From contig JBHEKO010000545.1 of the NCBI GenBank assembly GCA_041859475.1, forward strand, positions 1 through 53,454: a stretch of DNA of 53,454 nt, in the 5' to 3' direction. The DNA is from Candidatus Hydrogenedentales bacterium (GTDB taxonomy: Bacteria > Hydrogenedentota > Hydrogenedentia > Hydrogenedentales > SLHB01). Within the stretch, counting starts at the first letter, position 1. Every line of letters begins with the position of its first letter. This document shows positions 8,734 to 19,408 of the stretch, one piece after another. The translations under genes and the position numbers were made by a program. The notes beneath the pieces were generated by a model. That model saw only the letters and a list, made by a program, of their open reading frames with translations. It searched no databases and had not been told where the DNA came from.

Positions 8734-10515
8734 TCATGCGCCCCGCTGTCGTCCGAGCCAGCGACGGCGTGCGAGGCTGATGGCGACTGCGATGAACGCC
8801 ATGACCGCCAAGACGTGGATGAAGAACAGGTACGGTTCGGAGAGGAACGGATCGTTGGTCATTTCCCAACCGCGCCCGAGGATAGCGCCGACAAACTGAA
8901 AGCCGCTTGATACGGGGGAGAGGAGTATGGCGAGGCTTTCGACCGCCCGATTGGACCAAGGAGACCAAGCGCCATCTATCATCTCGTTGAGGATTATCAC
9001 GATGAAGGAAGGTCCCATGAAATAGAAGGCGGTCGACGCGTAGCTGAAAGGAACGGCGATAGACGTGCGCCGGACCAGCATGGAGGCAATTGCGCCAAGG
9101 GCCAGGGAAGCGAGCGCGCACAGCATGATCCAAAAGACGAATGCCAACGTTATCGTACCCCCGTATTTGGCCTGAGCGACGATGCCCAAGACGGGTATCG
9201 AGCAGAGATACGCAAAAGCGAACAACTGCAGAATAAGTACGAATCCCGCCTTCATTTTGCCGGATGCAATCTGCATGGGGGAGAGGAGGGTCATTTGCAG
9301 CAGGTCGCGGGTGTCCTGTTCGCGTTCGCGTACGAAGGTCATTGCCTGCACGGCGGGCGCGCAGAAGACGATGAACATACCGACGATGACGTTCCACGCA
9401 TACGTGATGCTTGTGAAGTCATTGCTGCTTCTTGGCCTTTCTCGCCACACGTATAGAAGGTAGAAGAGAGAAATGTTAACCCCTGCGACCAAGATGATAG
9501 ACAGCAGCTTCTTCCAGTGCTTCATGTTGCGGAAGAGGCCGGTATACCGGTATTCGCGCAGAAAGACTGGATTACGGTGCGTGGGCATTGCGCGGAAGAT
9601 GCGCGTTCGAAGGCGCGGCTTGCTCTTCTTGCTCCACCGGAAGAATCCCTTGCCGTCTTGAGGAACAGTCGCCTCGCTCGGGCGGCACAAGCGCCGCCAT
9701 GCAATCAAAAGAGGAACGAAACTGAAAATTGCTTGCACCCCGCAAACGGTCAGTATTGCATTCAGTCCGCCTAGTCCCCTTGTAAGCGCCCCCCCATCGA
9801 GTAGATAGAATGGAGATCCTCGAAACCCCCACTCAACCGCAGCCTCAAGATGTCTTTCGTTGACGTTGTCGGGGTTCAGGTAGAGTTCGATGGCAAGCGC
9901 GCCAAGGAACAGAAATATCACGTAGCCGCCGAGGGCGAGGGCGCTCCAGAGGTAGGAATGGATGATGGCGCGAAGAGGATTGTGCTGAACGGAAGAGCAG
10001 GCGAGTCCAATCGAGGTGGATGTAACGGCGATGATGGAGACGGTCACGAGCATCAAGAACATGACTTCCACGTTCACGCCTACGATGAAGTAGGTTGTCG
10101 CAAGTAGCGGCATTGCGACGAGCATGAGGAGTACAAAGAGGCCGAGGATGTTTACGAACTTGCCTGCCAGGATGCCCGAGGGGCGTATGAGGCTGGTGCG
10201 GAGAAGGTCAAACGTATCGAGGTTGCGCTCCTCAAGTATCGCGCCGCCTGCGTAGCCGGGAATGAGCAGACACGCTGCGCCAAGTATCAGCATACCGAAC
10301 CATGCCACAATCTGCGTGGAGGCGCTGCCAACCATGATTAGGGGCACGTCGGCCCGGGGCCACATGCCCATCACGCCGAATGTCCCGATGGCGAGCAGCA
10401 GGACCAGCGCCAGGAAGAGGCGCACCGTGCGGACACTGCGCAGCAGTTCGCGGCGGATGAGCGCCACGAAGGGGAGGGGATGCGCCTGCCATCGGTTGCG
10501 TATTCGGACAATCAT
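8734..10515 (-). CDS. ABC-2-type exporter permease, internally duplicated (paralog 3)
   Basis: Start ATG 10515 in an ATGA overlap with the upstream stop. Motifs AILEERNLDTFDLLRTSLIRPSGILAGK and TFVREREQDTRDLLQMTLLSPMQIASGK; linker RNPVFLREYR. Confidence 0.85.
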   Translation of the reverse strand: MIVRIRNRWQAHPLPFVALIRRELLRSVRTVRLFLALVLLLAIGTFGVMGMWPRADVPLIMVGSASTQIVAWFGMLILGAACLLIPGYAGGAILEERNLDTFDLLRTSLIRPSGILAGKFVNILGLFVLLMLVAMPLLATTYFIVGVNVEVMFLMLVTVSIIAVTSTSIGLACSSVQHNPLRAIIHSYLWSALALGGYVIFLFLGALAIELYLNPDNVNERHLEAAVEWGFRGSPFYLLDGGALTRGLGGLNAILTVCGVQAIFSFVPLLIAWRRLCRPSEATVPQDGKGFFRWSKKSKPRLRTRIFRAMPTHRNPVFLREYRYTGLFRNMKHWKKLLSIILVAGVNISLFYLLYVWRERPRSSNDFTSITYAWNVIVGMFIVFCAPAVQAMTFVREREQDTRDLLQMTLLSPMQIASGKMKAGFVLILQLFAFAYLCSIPVLGIVAQAKYGGTITLAFVFWIMLCALASLALGAIASMLVRRTSIAVPFSYASTAFYFMGPSFIVIILNEMIDGAWSPWSNRAVESLAILLSPVSSGFQFVGAILGRGWEMTNDPFLSEPYLFFIHVLAVMAFIAVAISLARRRWLGRQRGA

Positions 10516-12251
10516 GAATGGGTTCGCATTGGGCGTTTCAACCAATATTCGGTGCGTCCCCGCACGGCAATTCGAGCAAGGATCAGCGCTGCAACCAGAT
10601 GCGCACCGGCAAAGGGAATCCAATCGATGCCAACCTCGCGCGAGCGTTGCCCCATGCGGTCCAGCAAGTCGAGTTGGCTGATGACGGGCGACAGCAGAAT
10701 TGCAAAGTCCTCCGCTGCATTGACTCCCGAAGAGTAGCGCAGGAGTTGACAGAGTCCGACAACGGTGAACGACGGGCCGAAGAAGTACGCGGCACAGAGT
10801 CCGTAGGCGAGCGGGACGGCAAGCGCGGTACGCTGGGCGGTCATGGAAGCGATGGATGCGAGGGCGAAGCATGCGATGATGCAGGGCAATGCCCATGCTG
10901 CAGTGACGATAAGTTGCAGCCACCCGTTTGCTGACTTGGCGACAATTGCGAGTAGTGGCCATGCTGCGACGAGTAGAAGGAAACAGAGCTTGGCCAAGCC
11001 GTAGGCCCCTGCGTTGATCTTGCCTACTGCGATTTCATGAGGCGCGAGCGCGGTCATATTCAAGAGGTCTTTGGTGTTTTGTTCATCTTCGCGAACAAAG
11101 GAAGTCGCGAGAACCGCCGGAGCGAGCCCGACTACGATACAGAAGAGCGACTGGAACAAGAAAGAGACAATGGAATTCAGCTCTTCGGGGAGCATCGGCG
11201 CTTCGGATACGTAATAGACGCCCGCGGACAGGACGACGGCAATGAACCCAAGCATTGCGTACAGCACTATCATGCGCCATCGGCTCACGCCTTTGAGGAG
11301 TCCCGTGCACCTCGTTTCCCGGATGTAGATGGGATTGCGATGATCGGCAATGGGTGCGCGGGGCCTTGAGGAGTAGCCCGCGGGAACCTTCACGCGCACG
11401 ATGCTCCATCTCGATTGTGCGCTGTGAGGAAGGGCGAGGTCGCGCGGTGGTTTACAGAGCTTGCGCCAGGCCACGAGCAAGGCGAGGGTGGACACGATAG
11501 CCTGAATCAGTAGCGCGCTCGGCATGTGGACTGCAATAGGCATTCTGAAGGCGCTGAACAATAGGCAGACGGGCGTGGTTCGAAAGGCGGCCAAGAGCGT
11601 CCGCTCGGCAACCGGTTCGAAATAGGTCTCATCACTGAAGAGATAGAGCATCGCCAACGCGAAGTATACGAGAAGCATATATCCGCCTAGCGCAAGGGCG
11701 CACCAAATGTAGGAGGCAATCGTCGCGCCCAAAGGGGTCCGGTAGGAGGCAGAACAAGCCAACCCGATGCTCACGCAGGTAATGGCGCTTACCGTGACCG
11801 CCAGTGCGATGACCAGCAGGGCGTCCCAATCCACGCCGACGAGGAAGTAGGTTGTCGAGAACAGGGGCAAGACGGCCATCAGGAGCAGGAGAAACGCGCC
11901 TAGGCTGTTTGCGAACTTTCCCGCGAGAATGCCGATTGGTCGCACCAACGTCATTCGCATGAGGTCGAACGTGTCGAGACTGCGCTCTTCGACAATTGCT
12001 CCACCGGCTAAGCCGGGAAGCAGGAGACAGACGGATGCTGCGCTCAAGGCAGCAAACAAGATGACGATGGCCTCCGCAACGACACTGAATCGGGACAAGC
12101 TATCATCGTTCGCCGGCCAAAGAACCATGAGGGTGACAACGGCTATCCCGCAGGCAAGCATCATCGCGCCTGCCAAGAAGCGCCCCCGCAGCGCACGGAG
12201 CAAGTCGCGGCGGATGAGGGCGAGAAAGGGGAGTTCAGGTGCGTAGGTCAT
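10512..12251 (-). CDS. ABC-2-type exporter permease, internally duplicated (paralog 2)
   Basis: Motifs AIVEERSLDTFDLMRMTLVRPIGILAGK and SFVREDEQNTKDLLNMTALAPHEIAVGK; linker RNPIYIRETR. Confidence 0.85.
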   Translation of the reverse strand: MTYAPELPFLALIRRDLLRALRGRFLAGAMMLACGIAVVTLMVLWPANDDSLSRFSVVAEAIVILFAALSAASVCLLLPGLAGGAIVEERSLDTFDLMRMTLVRPIGILAGKFANSLGAFLLLLMAVLPLFSTTYFLVGVDWDALLVIALAVTVSAITCVSIGLACSASYRTPLGATIASYIWCALALGGYMLLVYFALAMLYLFSDETYFEPVAERTLLAAFRTTPVCLLFSAFRMPIAVHMPSALLIQAIVSTLALLVAWRKLCKPPRDLALPHSAQSRWSIVRVKVPAGYSSRPRAPIADHRNPIYIRETRCTGLLKGVSRWRMIVLYAMLGFIAVVLSAGVYYVSEAPMLPEELNSIVSFLFQSLFCIVVGLAPAVLATSFVREDEQNTKDLLNMTALAPHEIAVGKINAGAYGLAKLCFLLLVAAWPLLAIVAKSANGWLQLIVTAAWALPCIIACFALASIASMTAQRTALAVPLAYGLCAAYFFGPSFTVVGLCQLLRYSSGVNAAEDFAILLSPVISQLDLLDRMGQRSREVGIDWIPFAGAHLVAALILARIAVRGRTEYWLKRPMRTHS

Positions 12252-12254
12252 GTG

Positions 12255-13979
12255 TCAGACGTCTCGCATGTGGCGCGTCCTGAAGATCCACTCTGAGATC
12301 TTCAGAAGAAACGCCGCGAGGGTGAGGTAGGCAAATTGGCTCAGGATCCAGTTTGTCACGGGCCCTCGACTTGAGCTGAATGCAGCAAAGTAGCCGCCAA
12401 TCAGCGAGAGGAAGGGGAGATAATCATTGCTGGTTTGGCGATCACCGAACGAGTTCCAATAGCCGAACGCGTTTGCATAGACTGACTTGGACCACCACGC
12501 CAGCAAACCCAGGCCGAGAAAGATGAATGCATTGAGCAGGATGCCTGCGGTGATCGCGGTGCGAGTGTATCGCGACATGAGGGAAATCAAGAGGCTCAGA
12601 CTTACGGCAAGCGCCGCGCAGACCGGCATCGTAATGTAGAAGGCGAAGACCATGGCCGCGAAGCGGCTTTCCACGAAGAAGACCGGCACGGAAGCAAGGG
12701 CTATGGCGCAAATGAGAGGGGCAAGGGTCAAGACACCGGCGACGGCCTTTCCGCGCACGACGTCGCGTGGGTTCAGGAGCGTCATGCGGAGCATATCGAT
12801 GTTGCCGAGTTCGCGCTCCTTGGTGAAGGCGTTGGCCATGATAATGGGCGCGAAACTGACTAAGGCGAGAAGTTCCAGGCAAATCCCGAGCGCAAATGAG
12901 GTGTAGTAGCCGCCGGGGTCTACAAACATGGTCATGGCGATGAACAAGAAGCCGAAGACCGTGATTGTTACATAGAAGACGCGGACGAGCGTCGTGCCCC
13001 GCGCGAAAAGCCCCCAACGGATTTCGCGCACGAGCATGGGGTTGCGTCCATCCTCGATGGTCGGACGTCGGCGAGACGGGTCGATCAGGTAGTAGGGGAA
13101 TTGCTTGCGCCGCGCTTCTAGGACGGCTGCGTCGTCGATAACTTTCTCATTGCGAATGCGTTTGGGGGCGGCTTGTCTACGGAGACGCCGCGAGGCAAAC
13201 GAAATTCCCAGGGTGCATAGGAGCACTTGAACAAGCAGGGCCAGCGCGAATGTTGTTGTCGATAGGAAGCCGGTGAAGAGGGCTAGGGCCGTGCCCGCCG
13301 GCGAAACGTAGGTAAACAAGGAGGTGGAGCCACCGGAGGCTGCGAGATTCGCAAACGATCGTGGGTAGTAGCCCACGTTGAGGGTGTAGGCGAATGCTTC
13401 GAACAAGAACTTGGGTCCGCCCATAAGAATCGCGATTAGGACATAGGAGGCGACGAGGGCGACCACGCCACGCTTGAACACGGTAGACATTACAATGCCG
13501 ACGGTGCCGCAGAATGCCGCAAGCATAAGCAGCAGGACAAAGGAATACGCGAGCTGCTGCGTGTCGAGACCCACGGCGAAGAGGGCGCTTGCATAGACCG
13601 GCAACGCGGCCACGACGACCAGCATGTAGACGCCGCAGGTGTTGAACAGCTTGCCCAGGAGGATGGAGCGCGGGCGAATAAGGGTTAGGTACAGGAGATC
13701 AAAGGTGTCCTGTTCGCGCTCGGAGACGATACTCGCGGCGCCGAGCGCGGGAACGATCAGCGCGCATCCGTAGAAGAGCAAGACGGTGATCATCATGATC
13801 AAGGTCTGCGACACGGCAGCAGCTTCTTGAAGGACCAAGCGGTCGGCCGGCCAATTGGAGGTAGTTGTCAATACGGCAAGACTCAGCAGTAAGAGCAGAG
13901 AGTAGAACATGCGCGTCCGGCGCAGATTCTCCATGAACTCGCGCTTGATTATCGCCGTCGTGGGGAAGACGAACCGCAA
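12255..13979 (-). CDS. ABC-2-type exporter permease, internally duplicated (paralog 1)
   Basis: Probable TTG start at 13979, 1 nt after the ATPase stop. Motifs SIVSEREQDTFDLLYLTLIRPRSILLGK and AFTKERELGNIDMLRMTLLNPRDVVRGK; linker RNPMLVREIR. Confidence 0.85.
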   Translation of the reverse strand: MRFVFPTTAIIKREFMENLRRTRMFYSLLLLLSLAVLTTTSNWPADRLVLQEAAAVSQTLIMMITVLLFYGCALIVPALGAASIVSEREQDTFDLLYLTLIRPRSILLGKLFNTCGVYMLVVVAALPVYASALFAVGLDTQQLAYSFVLLLMLAAFCGTVGIVMSTVFKRGVVALVASYVLIAILMGGPKFLFEAFAYTLNVGYYPRSFANLAASGGSTSLFTYVSPAGTALALFTGFLSTTTFALALLVQVLLCTLGISFASRRLRRQAAPKRIRNEKVIDDAAVLEARRKQFPYYLIDPSRRRPTIEDGRNPMLVREIRWGLFARGTTLVRVFYVTITVFGFLFIAMTMFVDPGGYYTSFALGICLELLALVSFAPIIMANAFTKERELGNIDMLRMTLLNPRDVVRGKAVAGVLTLAPLICAIALASVPVFFVESRFAAMVFAFYITMPVCAALAVSLSLLISLMSRYTRTAITAGILLNAFIFLGLGLLAWWSKSVYANAFGYWNSFGDRQTSNDYLPFLSLIGGYFAAFSSSRGPVTNWILSQFAYLTLAAFLLKISEWIFRTRHMRDV

Positions 13980-13980
13980 C

Positions 13981-14910
13981 TCACAAGCCTCCCTTGGTGA
14001 TTTGCAGGAACACGTCTTCGAGCGACCCTTCCTCCTGCGCAAACGTCAGTACTTGCACACCGGCCTGGACCAACTTCGTATTGAGGCTCGACAACTCGAA
14101 CCGGTCGAGGTTGGAATTCATGTGAAACTCGTTTCCGGACTGTTCGATGTTGAAGAGTCCTGGAGTCTCCTCGAAAATCCGCATCGCGGTCACTGCGCCA
14201 TCCAGGACATCGATGCGCACTTCCCGTTCCTGCTTCATGCTGTTGAGGATGGAGCGGTATTCGCCCGCGGCCAAGAGCTTGCCGTGCTCGATGATGCCGA
14301 TCTTGTTGCACATGTCGCCCAACTCGGAGAGGATATGCGACGAGATGAGGATAGTCTTTCCCATGCGCTGCAGGGTCTTCAGGAGTTCGCGCATTTCGAT
14401 GCGCGCGCGCGGGTCGAGTCCACTGGCGGGCTCGTCGAGCAGCAGAACTTTCGGGTCGTGGAGTAGCGTCTTCGCAAGGCAACAGCGTTGTTTCATGCCT
14501 CGCGAGAACGCGCTGACGAAATCGTCGGCCTTGCCGGTGAGGTCCGTGAGTTCGAGCACGTCGTCGATGATGACCTTGCGCTTCTTGCTCGGGATCTTGT
14601 AGGCGGCCCCGAAGAAATCAAGATACTCGCGCAGACGCATGCCGTCGTACACACCGAAGGAGTCGGGCATGTAGCCAAGGATTTTCTTGATCTCGTAGGG
14701 CTTGCGGGTCACGTCGATGCCGTCGATCATGGCCATTCCGGAGGTAGGCTCCAGGAGCGTCGATAGAATGCGGATCGTCGTTGTCTTCCCAGCCCCATTG
14801 GGGCCGATGAATCCAAAAAGGTCGCCCTCTTCGATTTCGAGGTTGAAGTCACAGAGCGCAACGAAGTCGTTGTAGCGTTTTGTCAAGGCGACCGTTTCGA
14901 TTATTGCCAT
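13981..14910 (-). CDS. ABC-2/DrrA-family ATP-binding subunit
   Basis: Start ATG 14910 (MAIIETVAL). Walker A GPNGAGKTT, signature FSRGMKQR, Walker B LLLDEPASGLDP, ISSH. Confidence 0.95.
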   Translation of the reverse strand: MAIIETVALTKRYNDFVALCDFNLEIEEGDLFGFIGPNGAGKTTTIRILSTLLEPTSGMAMIDGIDVTRKPYEIKKILGYMPDSFGVYDGMRLREYLDFFGAAYKIPSKKRKVIIDDVLELTDLTGKADDFVSAFSRGMKQRCCLAKTLLHDPKVLLLDEPASGLDPRARIEMRELLKTLQRMGKTILISSHILSELGDMCNKIGIIEHGKLLAAGEYRSILNSMKQEREVRIDVLDGAVTAMRIFEETPGLFNIEQSGNEFHMNSNLDRFELSSLNTKLVQAGVQVLTFAQEEGSLEDVFLQITKGGL

Positions 14911-17450
14911 GGTACCCATCCCCTGTTTGTCGTCTCTTTGGGAGCCTCTATTCGTCCAACGGCCCAGTAGTTGCCCCATCTTCCCTGATTGGGGCCGCGG
15001 GACGATCCCTCGAAAGCAATCGTGCCGTTCATGGTTTCTTTCGTCGCATCGTAATAGGTTCGCCAATCGTCTATGCGGTACGTGGTCTGATTGACCGCAT
15101 TTCCCGATTGCCTGACCGAGCGGCTTCGTGCCCCGGAGGCGGTCTTCGCCACGTGGCTTTGGGTCCAATCGGGCTGCGCCAACGTAGGGCGATAGATGAT
15201 CGAGCTATTGTCCGACTGCCAATACAGGTCGACGTAAACCACCGCGCCTGGCGTATCCACGAAAGGTTGCGGTATGCGTAGATTGAACTCGACGGGCGTA
15301 TTCGTGTTGAGAGGCGTCATGTTGTAGAAAGAGCCTCCCATCGGATAGTACGCGCCACTGCCTCGCCGTGCGCGCTGCATCTGATCCTGGACGATGGGAT
15401 TGTCGTAACTCTCCGTCAGCGATGTGACGGCATTCTCGACTATCCCGTCGTAGACAACCTCGACATCCGCGAGAATGAGCGTTTGGCGCGATGTGCGCTT
15501 CATATCGGCGGAGGGGATCACGCCGCTGAGGTCGGCCTGGCTTGACCACCCGCAGAGCATTGGGGGCATTGCCGCATTCAGGAGTCCGGGGAAATCAGGG
15601 TCCGCAAGCACCGTGCGGGTAAGCTGCGGACGAAGAGACTGCGGATTCTCGCGCGAGACTCCGCGGTATCCCAACATATACATGTTCGGATCTTCTTCCT
15701 GTGCCGATGGAGGATTCTCGAGCACATCGGGCTTGATGTCCACCTGCCACTCAGGTCCTCTGCCGTTGATAATGAGCAGAGACCCTTTGAAGAACAAGGC
15801 GGCGGAGTCCATCTGCCATTCCGTGGAGTTCGTAAGCGTACCGTGAAGTCCGCTCTTGTCGAACGTGAGAACGCCCTGCACGCCGCCCGTGACGGTCGTG
15901 TCCGCTTCCACGTTGCAGACGCGAAATACGCTCGCGCCCACCTGAAAGTCCTCCAGGCGGGGAGGTTGATCGAGTACGTAGCGGCTTGGGCGCAGCGAAG
16001 CCCCAAACGGCGATCCCCCCCGCTGCATATACGGAGAGCTCGCGGTGGATTCCGATACCAATGCGCCGGGATACGCCAGATCGAACGTGAACTCCGACGA
16101 CCGGGCGGAGAGAATTCCCGTCACCGCGTCAAGGTGAGCCGAGTTGGCGTGGAGGGGCAGGCGCACGATGCCGATCTCGTGCATCTCCGTCGACTTTGCG
16201 CGTCCGGCGGTTCCAAACACGAGGGCGTAACCAGTGAACCCGAAACTGAAAACGATGAGGCATACCCAAGCCATTTCACGTCGCTTCAGTAGACTCCAGA
16301 AGATCCAATTGCCGATAACCCCGACCAGAATGTAGAGGCCGAGGAAGATGATGACCGTGGAACGAGGCACGATGCGGACGCCGGTGATCGATGGCATGGC
16401 CTGAGTGAAGTGCTGAACGGCCCCATCGACGTTGGGACGGGGGACACGCGGGCGCCATTCGCAAAGCTCCCGCCAGATTTCCAAGTATCCCGAGCATTCT
16501 TGGAGTGACTTCCCGGATGCGTCGACGCCCAAGACTGCCACATAGCCGCCACCCAGCGGACGGCGCGTTGCGAGAACGGGACTCTTGCCGCGCACGGTCA
16601 CCTCGGGAAGCATGGGCGTTAGTTGAGACAGCGCAACCTGCTTGTCTTCCCGCGCGCCGGATTGCGCCTCCGGGGAGAGAGTCGCCTCGGCCAATTCCTT
16701 TTCGTTCATCGTGGTTTGGCCCGCGATGCGGACGCCCGCAAGATCTTCCAGCCACGTGCCCTGGTAGCGTGTGCCGAATTCGCCCGTGCACACGATGAGC
16801 ACGCCACCTTCCCGGACGTACTTTTCCAGAAGCGCGCGGTGCTCGGCGGTAATGGCGGCTGGGTCCGTTTTGCCCATGATGATCGCGTCGTATGATTCGT
16901 AGCAGGCGTATTGCTCGGGAAGCAGGTCGAGTTCGTTGCTTCGGATCTCAATCCGGTGGATGGCGCGTTGCGCTGCCCCCTTCTGGAGTGCCGAGTACAG
17001 GAACCCGTAGGCAGGCCCGTCGTCGTCGATAACCATGACCAGCATGTCCAGTGGGTCAATGGGGCGAAGGGTGATACGCATGGGCATGTCGACGGAGCGC
17101 CATCGCTTCTGATAGACGCCTGCCTGTATCTCCGTGGTCCCGGACAAATTGCAGTACACGCGAAACCGTTTTCGGGATGCCTTGGGGGATTCTGCCGGTA
17201 TGGCATATACCGGACTTTGCGCCCCCAGCGCGGACTGAAGATCGACCTGCACGAAGCCCGAGATATCCTTGCGGTTGTTGTTGACGACAACGTCCACGGG
17301 CACCCATGCACCGTCACGATACGCCGTGATGAACCGCGGCGGAACTTCAATGGTGAATTGGCCCTCATGCATCGGCGCGTCCTCTTGCGCCCACGCACTC
17401 GCGCACGCGACCACGCAACCGAGCAGCGCCACAACTCCGAATCTCCTCAC
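14901..17450 (-). CDS. Exported, membrane-anchored hypothetical protein with class I glutamine-amidotransferase-like domain
   Basis: GTG start at 17450 (GTGA overlap). Signal peptide (RRFGVVALLGCVVACASAWA). 'SYDAIIMG....ITAEHRALLEKYVREGGVLIV' is GATase-like. Central two-helix TM hairpin. Confidence 0.75.
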   Translation of the reverse strand: MRRFGVVALLGCVVACASAWAQEDAPMHEGQFTIEVPPRFITAYRDGAWVPVDVVVNNNRKDISGFVQVDLQSALGAQSPVYAIPAESPKASRKRFRVYCNLSGTTEIQAGVYQKRWRSVDMPMRITLRPIDPLDMLVMVIDDDGPAYGFLYSALQKGAAQRAIHRIEIRSNELDLLPEQYACYESYDAIIMGKTDPAAITAEHRALLEKYVREGGVLIVCTGEFGTRYQGTWLEDLAGVRIAGQTTMNEKELAEATLSPEAQSGAREDKQVALSQLTPMLPEVTVRGKSPVLATRRPLGGGYVAVLGVDASGKSLQECSGYLEIWRELCEWRPRVPRPNVDGAVQHFTQAMPSITGVRIVPRSTVIIFLGLYILVGVIGNWIFWSLLKRREMAWVCLIVFSFGFTGYALVFGTAGRAKSTEMHEIGIVRLPLHANSAHLDAVTGILSARSSEFTFDLAYPGALVSESTASSPYMQRGGSPFGASLRPSRYVLDQPPRLEDFQVGASVFRVCNVEADTTVTGGVQGVLTFDKSGLHGTLTNSTEWQMDSAALFFKGSLLIINGRGPEWQVDIKPDVLENPPSAQEEDPNMYMLGYRGVSRENPQSLRPQLTRTVLADPDFPGLLNAAMPPMLCGWSSQADLSGVIPSADMKRTSRQTLILADVEVVYDGIVENAVTSLTESYDNPIVQDQMQRARRGSGAYYPMGGSFYNMTPLNTNTPVEFNLRIPQPFVDTPGAVVYVDLYWQSDNSSIIYRPTLAQPDWTQSHVAKTASGARSRSVRQSGNAVNQTTYRIDDWRTYYDATKETMNGTIAFEGSSRGPNQGRWGNYWAVGRIEAPKETTNRGWVPWQ

Positions 17451-19408
17451 ATCCACGCCCTCCTGCTGAACAACCACCACTCCAAGGCGATCACGCACAA
17501 CGCGGCGGCAAGGAGATACCGCCACAACTCGCGATTCTGTCGAATGCGGCCGCGCTCGGCTTCAAATTCGCCCTGGCCGATAGCGAGCTTATCCGAAGGA
17601 CCGATCGAGGATTCGACCTTGTCGAGCAAATTCACGGCGAAACGTTCCTTGCGCTCTCCGTAGCCAACGGTGTACACGCCGATTTGGCCGGTATTGCTGA
17701 AATAGACAGGGCGCATCGGATCGAGGGCGACTTGTTCGCTCGACCCGTCCGGCCGGGCCACGGTTGCCGTGCCGATGTCAGGCTCGGCGACGAGTGTCAG
17801 CGGCTTGCCCGCGGCGACGGAGACCTCGCCGCTCAACGCCGCGCGCGTAGTCCACGCGAGCACATTTTGGAAGAAGAGCGGGAAGGAGAGATTGAGCGGC
17901 CAATCGGATTCGGCGATATCGAATCCAATGAAGGCCATGCGTTGGCCGCCGCGCGAGATGTCGCCTATGAGCGCGCCGCCCGTAGTGGACACCACGGGGC
18001 GTGCCCAATCCGGCAAAGCGACGTGCATGGCGGAGCGAATCGCGACATTTCCGGGATTGACGTTGAATCGCAGCAGCGGATGCTCGGCATCCACCGACAA
18101 CACCGGCGGATTCTCAATCGTGGTATCGGCTCCCAAGCCATCGAGCTTAGGAAGGGCGTTGATAAAGAGCAGTGTTCCCGCGGGGAGTTTCTCCGGAGCA
18201 AACCCGTAGAAAACGATAAGGTCGAATTCGTTCGTGTCCGTGAAGGCCCCGGGGGCGATGGTGCTGAGTTCGACACGCGGGTCGGGAGACAACACGCGCT
18301 GCAAGAAATAGGTGCCCGTCGCGGAGGCCTCGGCGACGACCAAGGTTCGGATCTTCACAGTGGGGCGAAGCGAAAGCCAAGCCGTATTGTCCAAGGGAAA
18401 GTCGTCTTCGTGGTCGAGGACGGCTTTGAGAATTCCTTCGCCCACTTCGGGTAGACGAAAAACAAGTTCGGAATCCTGCCCCGGCTCCACGGAGATTTCT
18501 TCGACGGCAAGCGTGGTGTCTTCGAAATGGAGAGTGACTGTCGTTGTCAGCGGTTTCGTATCCGCATTGTGGACAAGTACAAGACACTGGCGGTCGCCTG
18601 TCGTGCCTTCGCTGGGCTCGCGTAGGCTGAACACGACAATGCCTGCGTTGTTGACGCTTGCGCCTACCTGTACGAAGCTCAAGTCGTAAAAACGCGCGCG
18701 CGCCTCGGTCGATTGCTCCGAGACTTGCCGCACGGGGCCGAAGTTGCGCGGGACGATCTCATCGAGGTCTGCGATATCGCCATCGCTGATGATCACGGAA
18801 TGGAGGTCCGGCGTGGTCAGTTGGAGCGAATAGGCGACGAAGTAGGCGTCCCGAACTTTGGTCTGCGTGTCGGTGGCTTGAATTGCGTTGATAGCGGCGC
18901 GCAAGCGAGGGCGGTCGTCAGTCAATTCGCAAAGCACGTCGGCCTTGTCCGCGAAGGAAACGAGCATGACCTTGTCGCCGCGCTGCATTTCGTCGACCAT
19001 GCGTGTTGCTTCCTGCTTCGCGAGGTCAAGACGCGGGCGGCCTCCTTCGTTGGTCTTCATGCTCGCCGAGCGGTCCACGAGCAGGCACAGGTTGCGGCCC
19101 GCACTTCCTTCTGCCTTTACAAACGGGCGCGCCAACGCAAGGACGGCGAGAAGCAGGACGAGGATTTGGAGGAGGAGCAGCAAGTTGCGCCGCAGGCGCT
19201 GGAAAGGAGCGTTGGCGGTAATGTCTTGCAGGCTCTTCATCCAAAGCAAGGTGCTCGAAATCACGACGGGCGTGCGACGAAGTTTCAGGAAGTAGAGAAT
19301 GATGAAGATGGGGATGAGACCCAGGAACCACAAGAACGGCGGCGCAAGAAAGGCGGTGCCGAGCGCTCGTTCTGCTCCTGCCAGGAATCGAGTCCATGCG
19401 GCGTTCAT
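17447..19408 (-). CDS. BatA-type vWA domain membrane protein
   Basis: N-terminal BatA-like helix (FLAPPFLWFLGLIPIFIILYFL..RR...SS..LW), intact MIDAS DRSAS, 'SDG', Ig-like and GATase-like middle region, C-terminal TM. Confidence 0.88.
   Translation of the reverse strand: MNAAWTRFLAGAERALGTAFLAPPFLWFLGLIPIFIILYFLKLRRTPVVISSTLLWMKSLQDITANAPFQRLRRNLLLLLQILVLLLAVLALARPFVKAEGSAGRNLCLLVDRSASMKTNEGGRPRLDLAKQEATRMVDEMQRGDKVMLVSFADKADVLCELTDDRPRLRAAINAIQATDTQTKVRDAYFVAYSLQLTTPDLHSVIISDGDIADLDEIVPRNFGPVRQVSEQSTEARARFYDLSFVQVGASVNNAGIVVFSLREPSEGTTGDRQCLVLVHNADTKPLTTTVTLHFEDTTLAVEEISVEPGQDSELVFRLPEVGEGILKAVLDHEDDFPLDNTAWLSLRPTVKIRTLVVAEASATGTYFLQRVLSPDPRVELSTIAPGAFTDTNEFDLIVFYGFAPEKLPAGTLLFINALPKLDGLGADTTIENPPVLSVDAEHPLLRFNVNPGNVAIRSAMHVALPDWARPVVSTTGGALIGDISRGGQRMAFIGFDIAESDWPLNLSFPLFFQNVLAWTTRAALSGEVSVAAGKPLTLVAEPDIGTATVARPDGSSEQVALDPMRPVYFSNTGQIGVYTVGYGERKERFAVNLLDKVESSIGPSDKLAIGQGEFEAERGRIRQNRELWRYLLAAALCVIALEWWLFSRRAWM

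Noticed and set aside
5920-9397. Long N-terminal extensions in the ORF track (to 6468, 7385, 9397; likewise 10962, 15168, 45219, 45715, 47505)
   Set aside because: They run through neighbouring genes in other frames; better starts with coupling or SD signals exist downstream.
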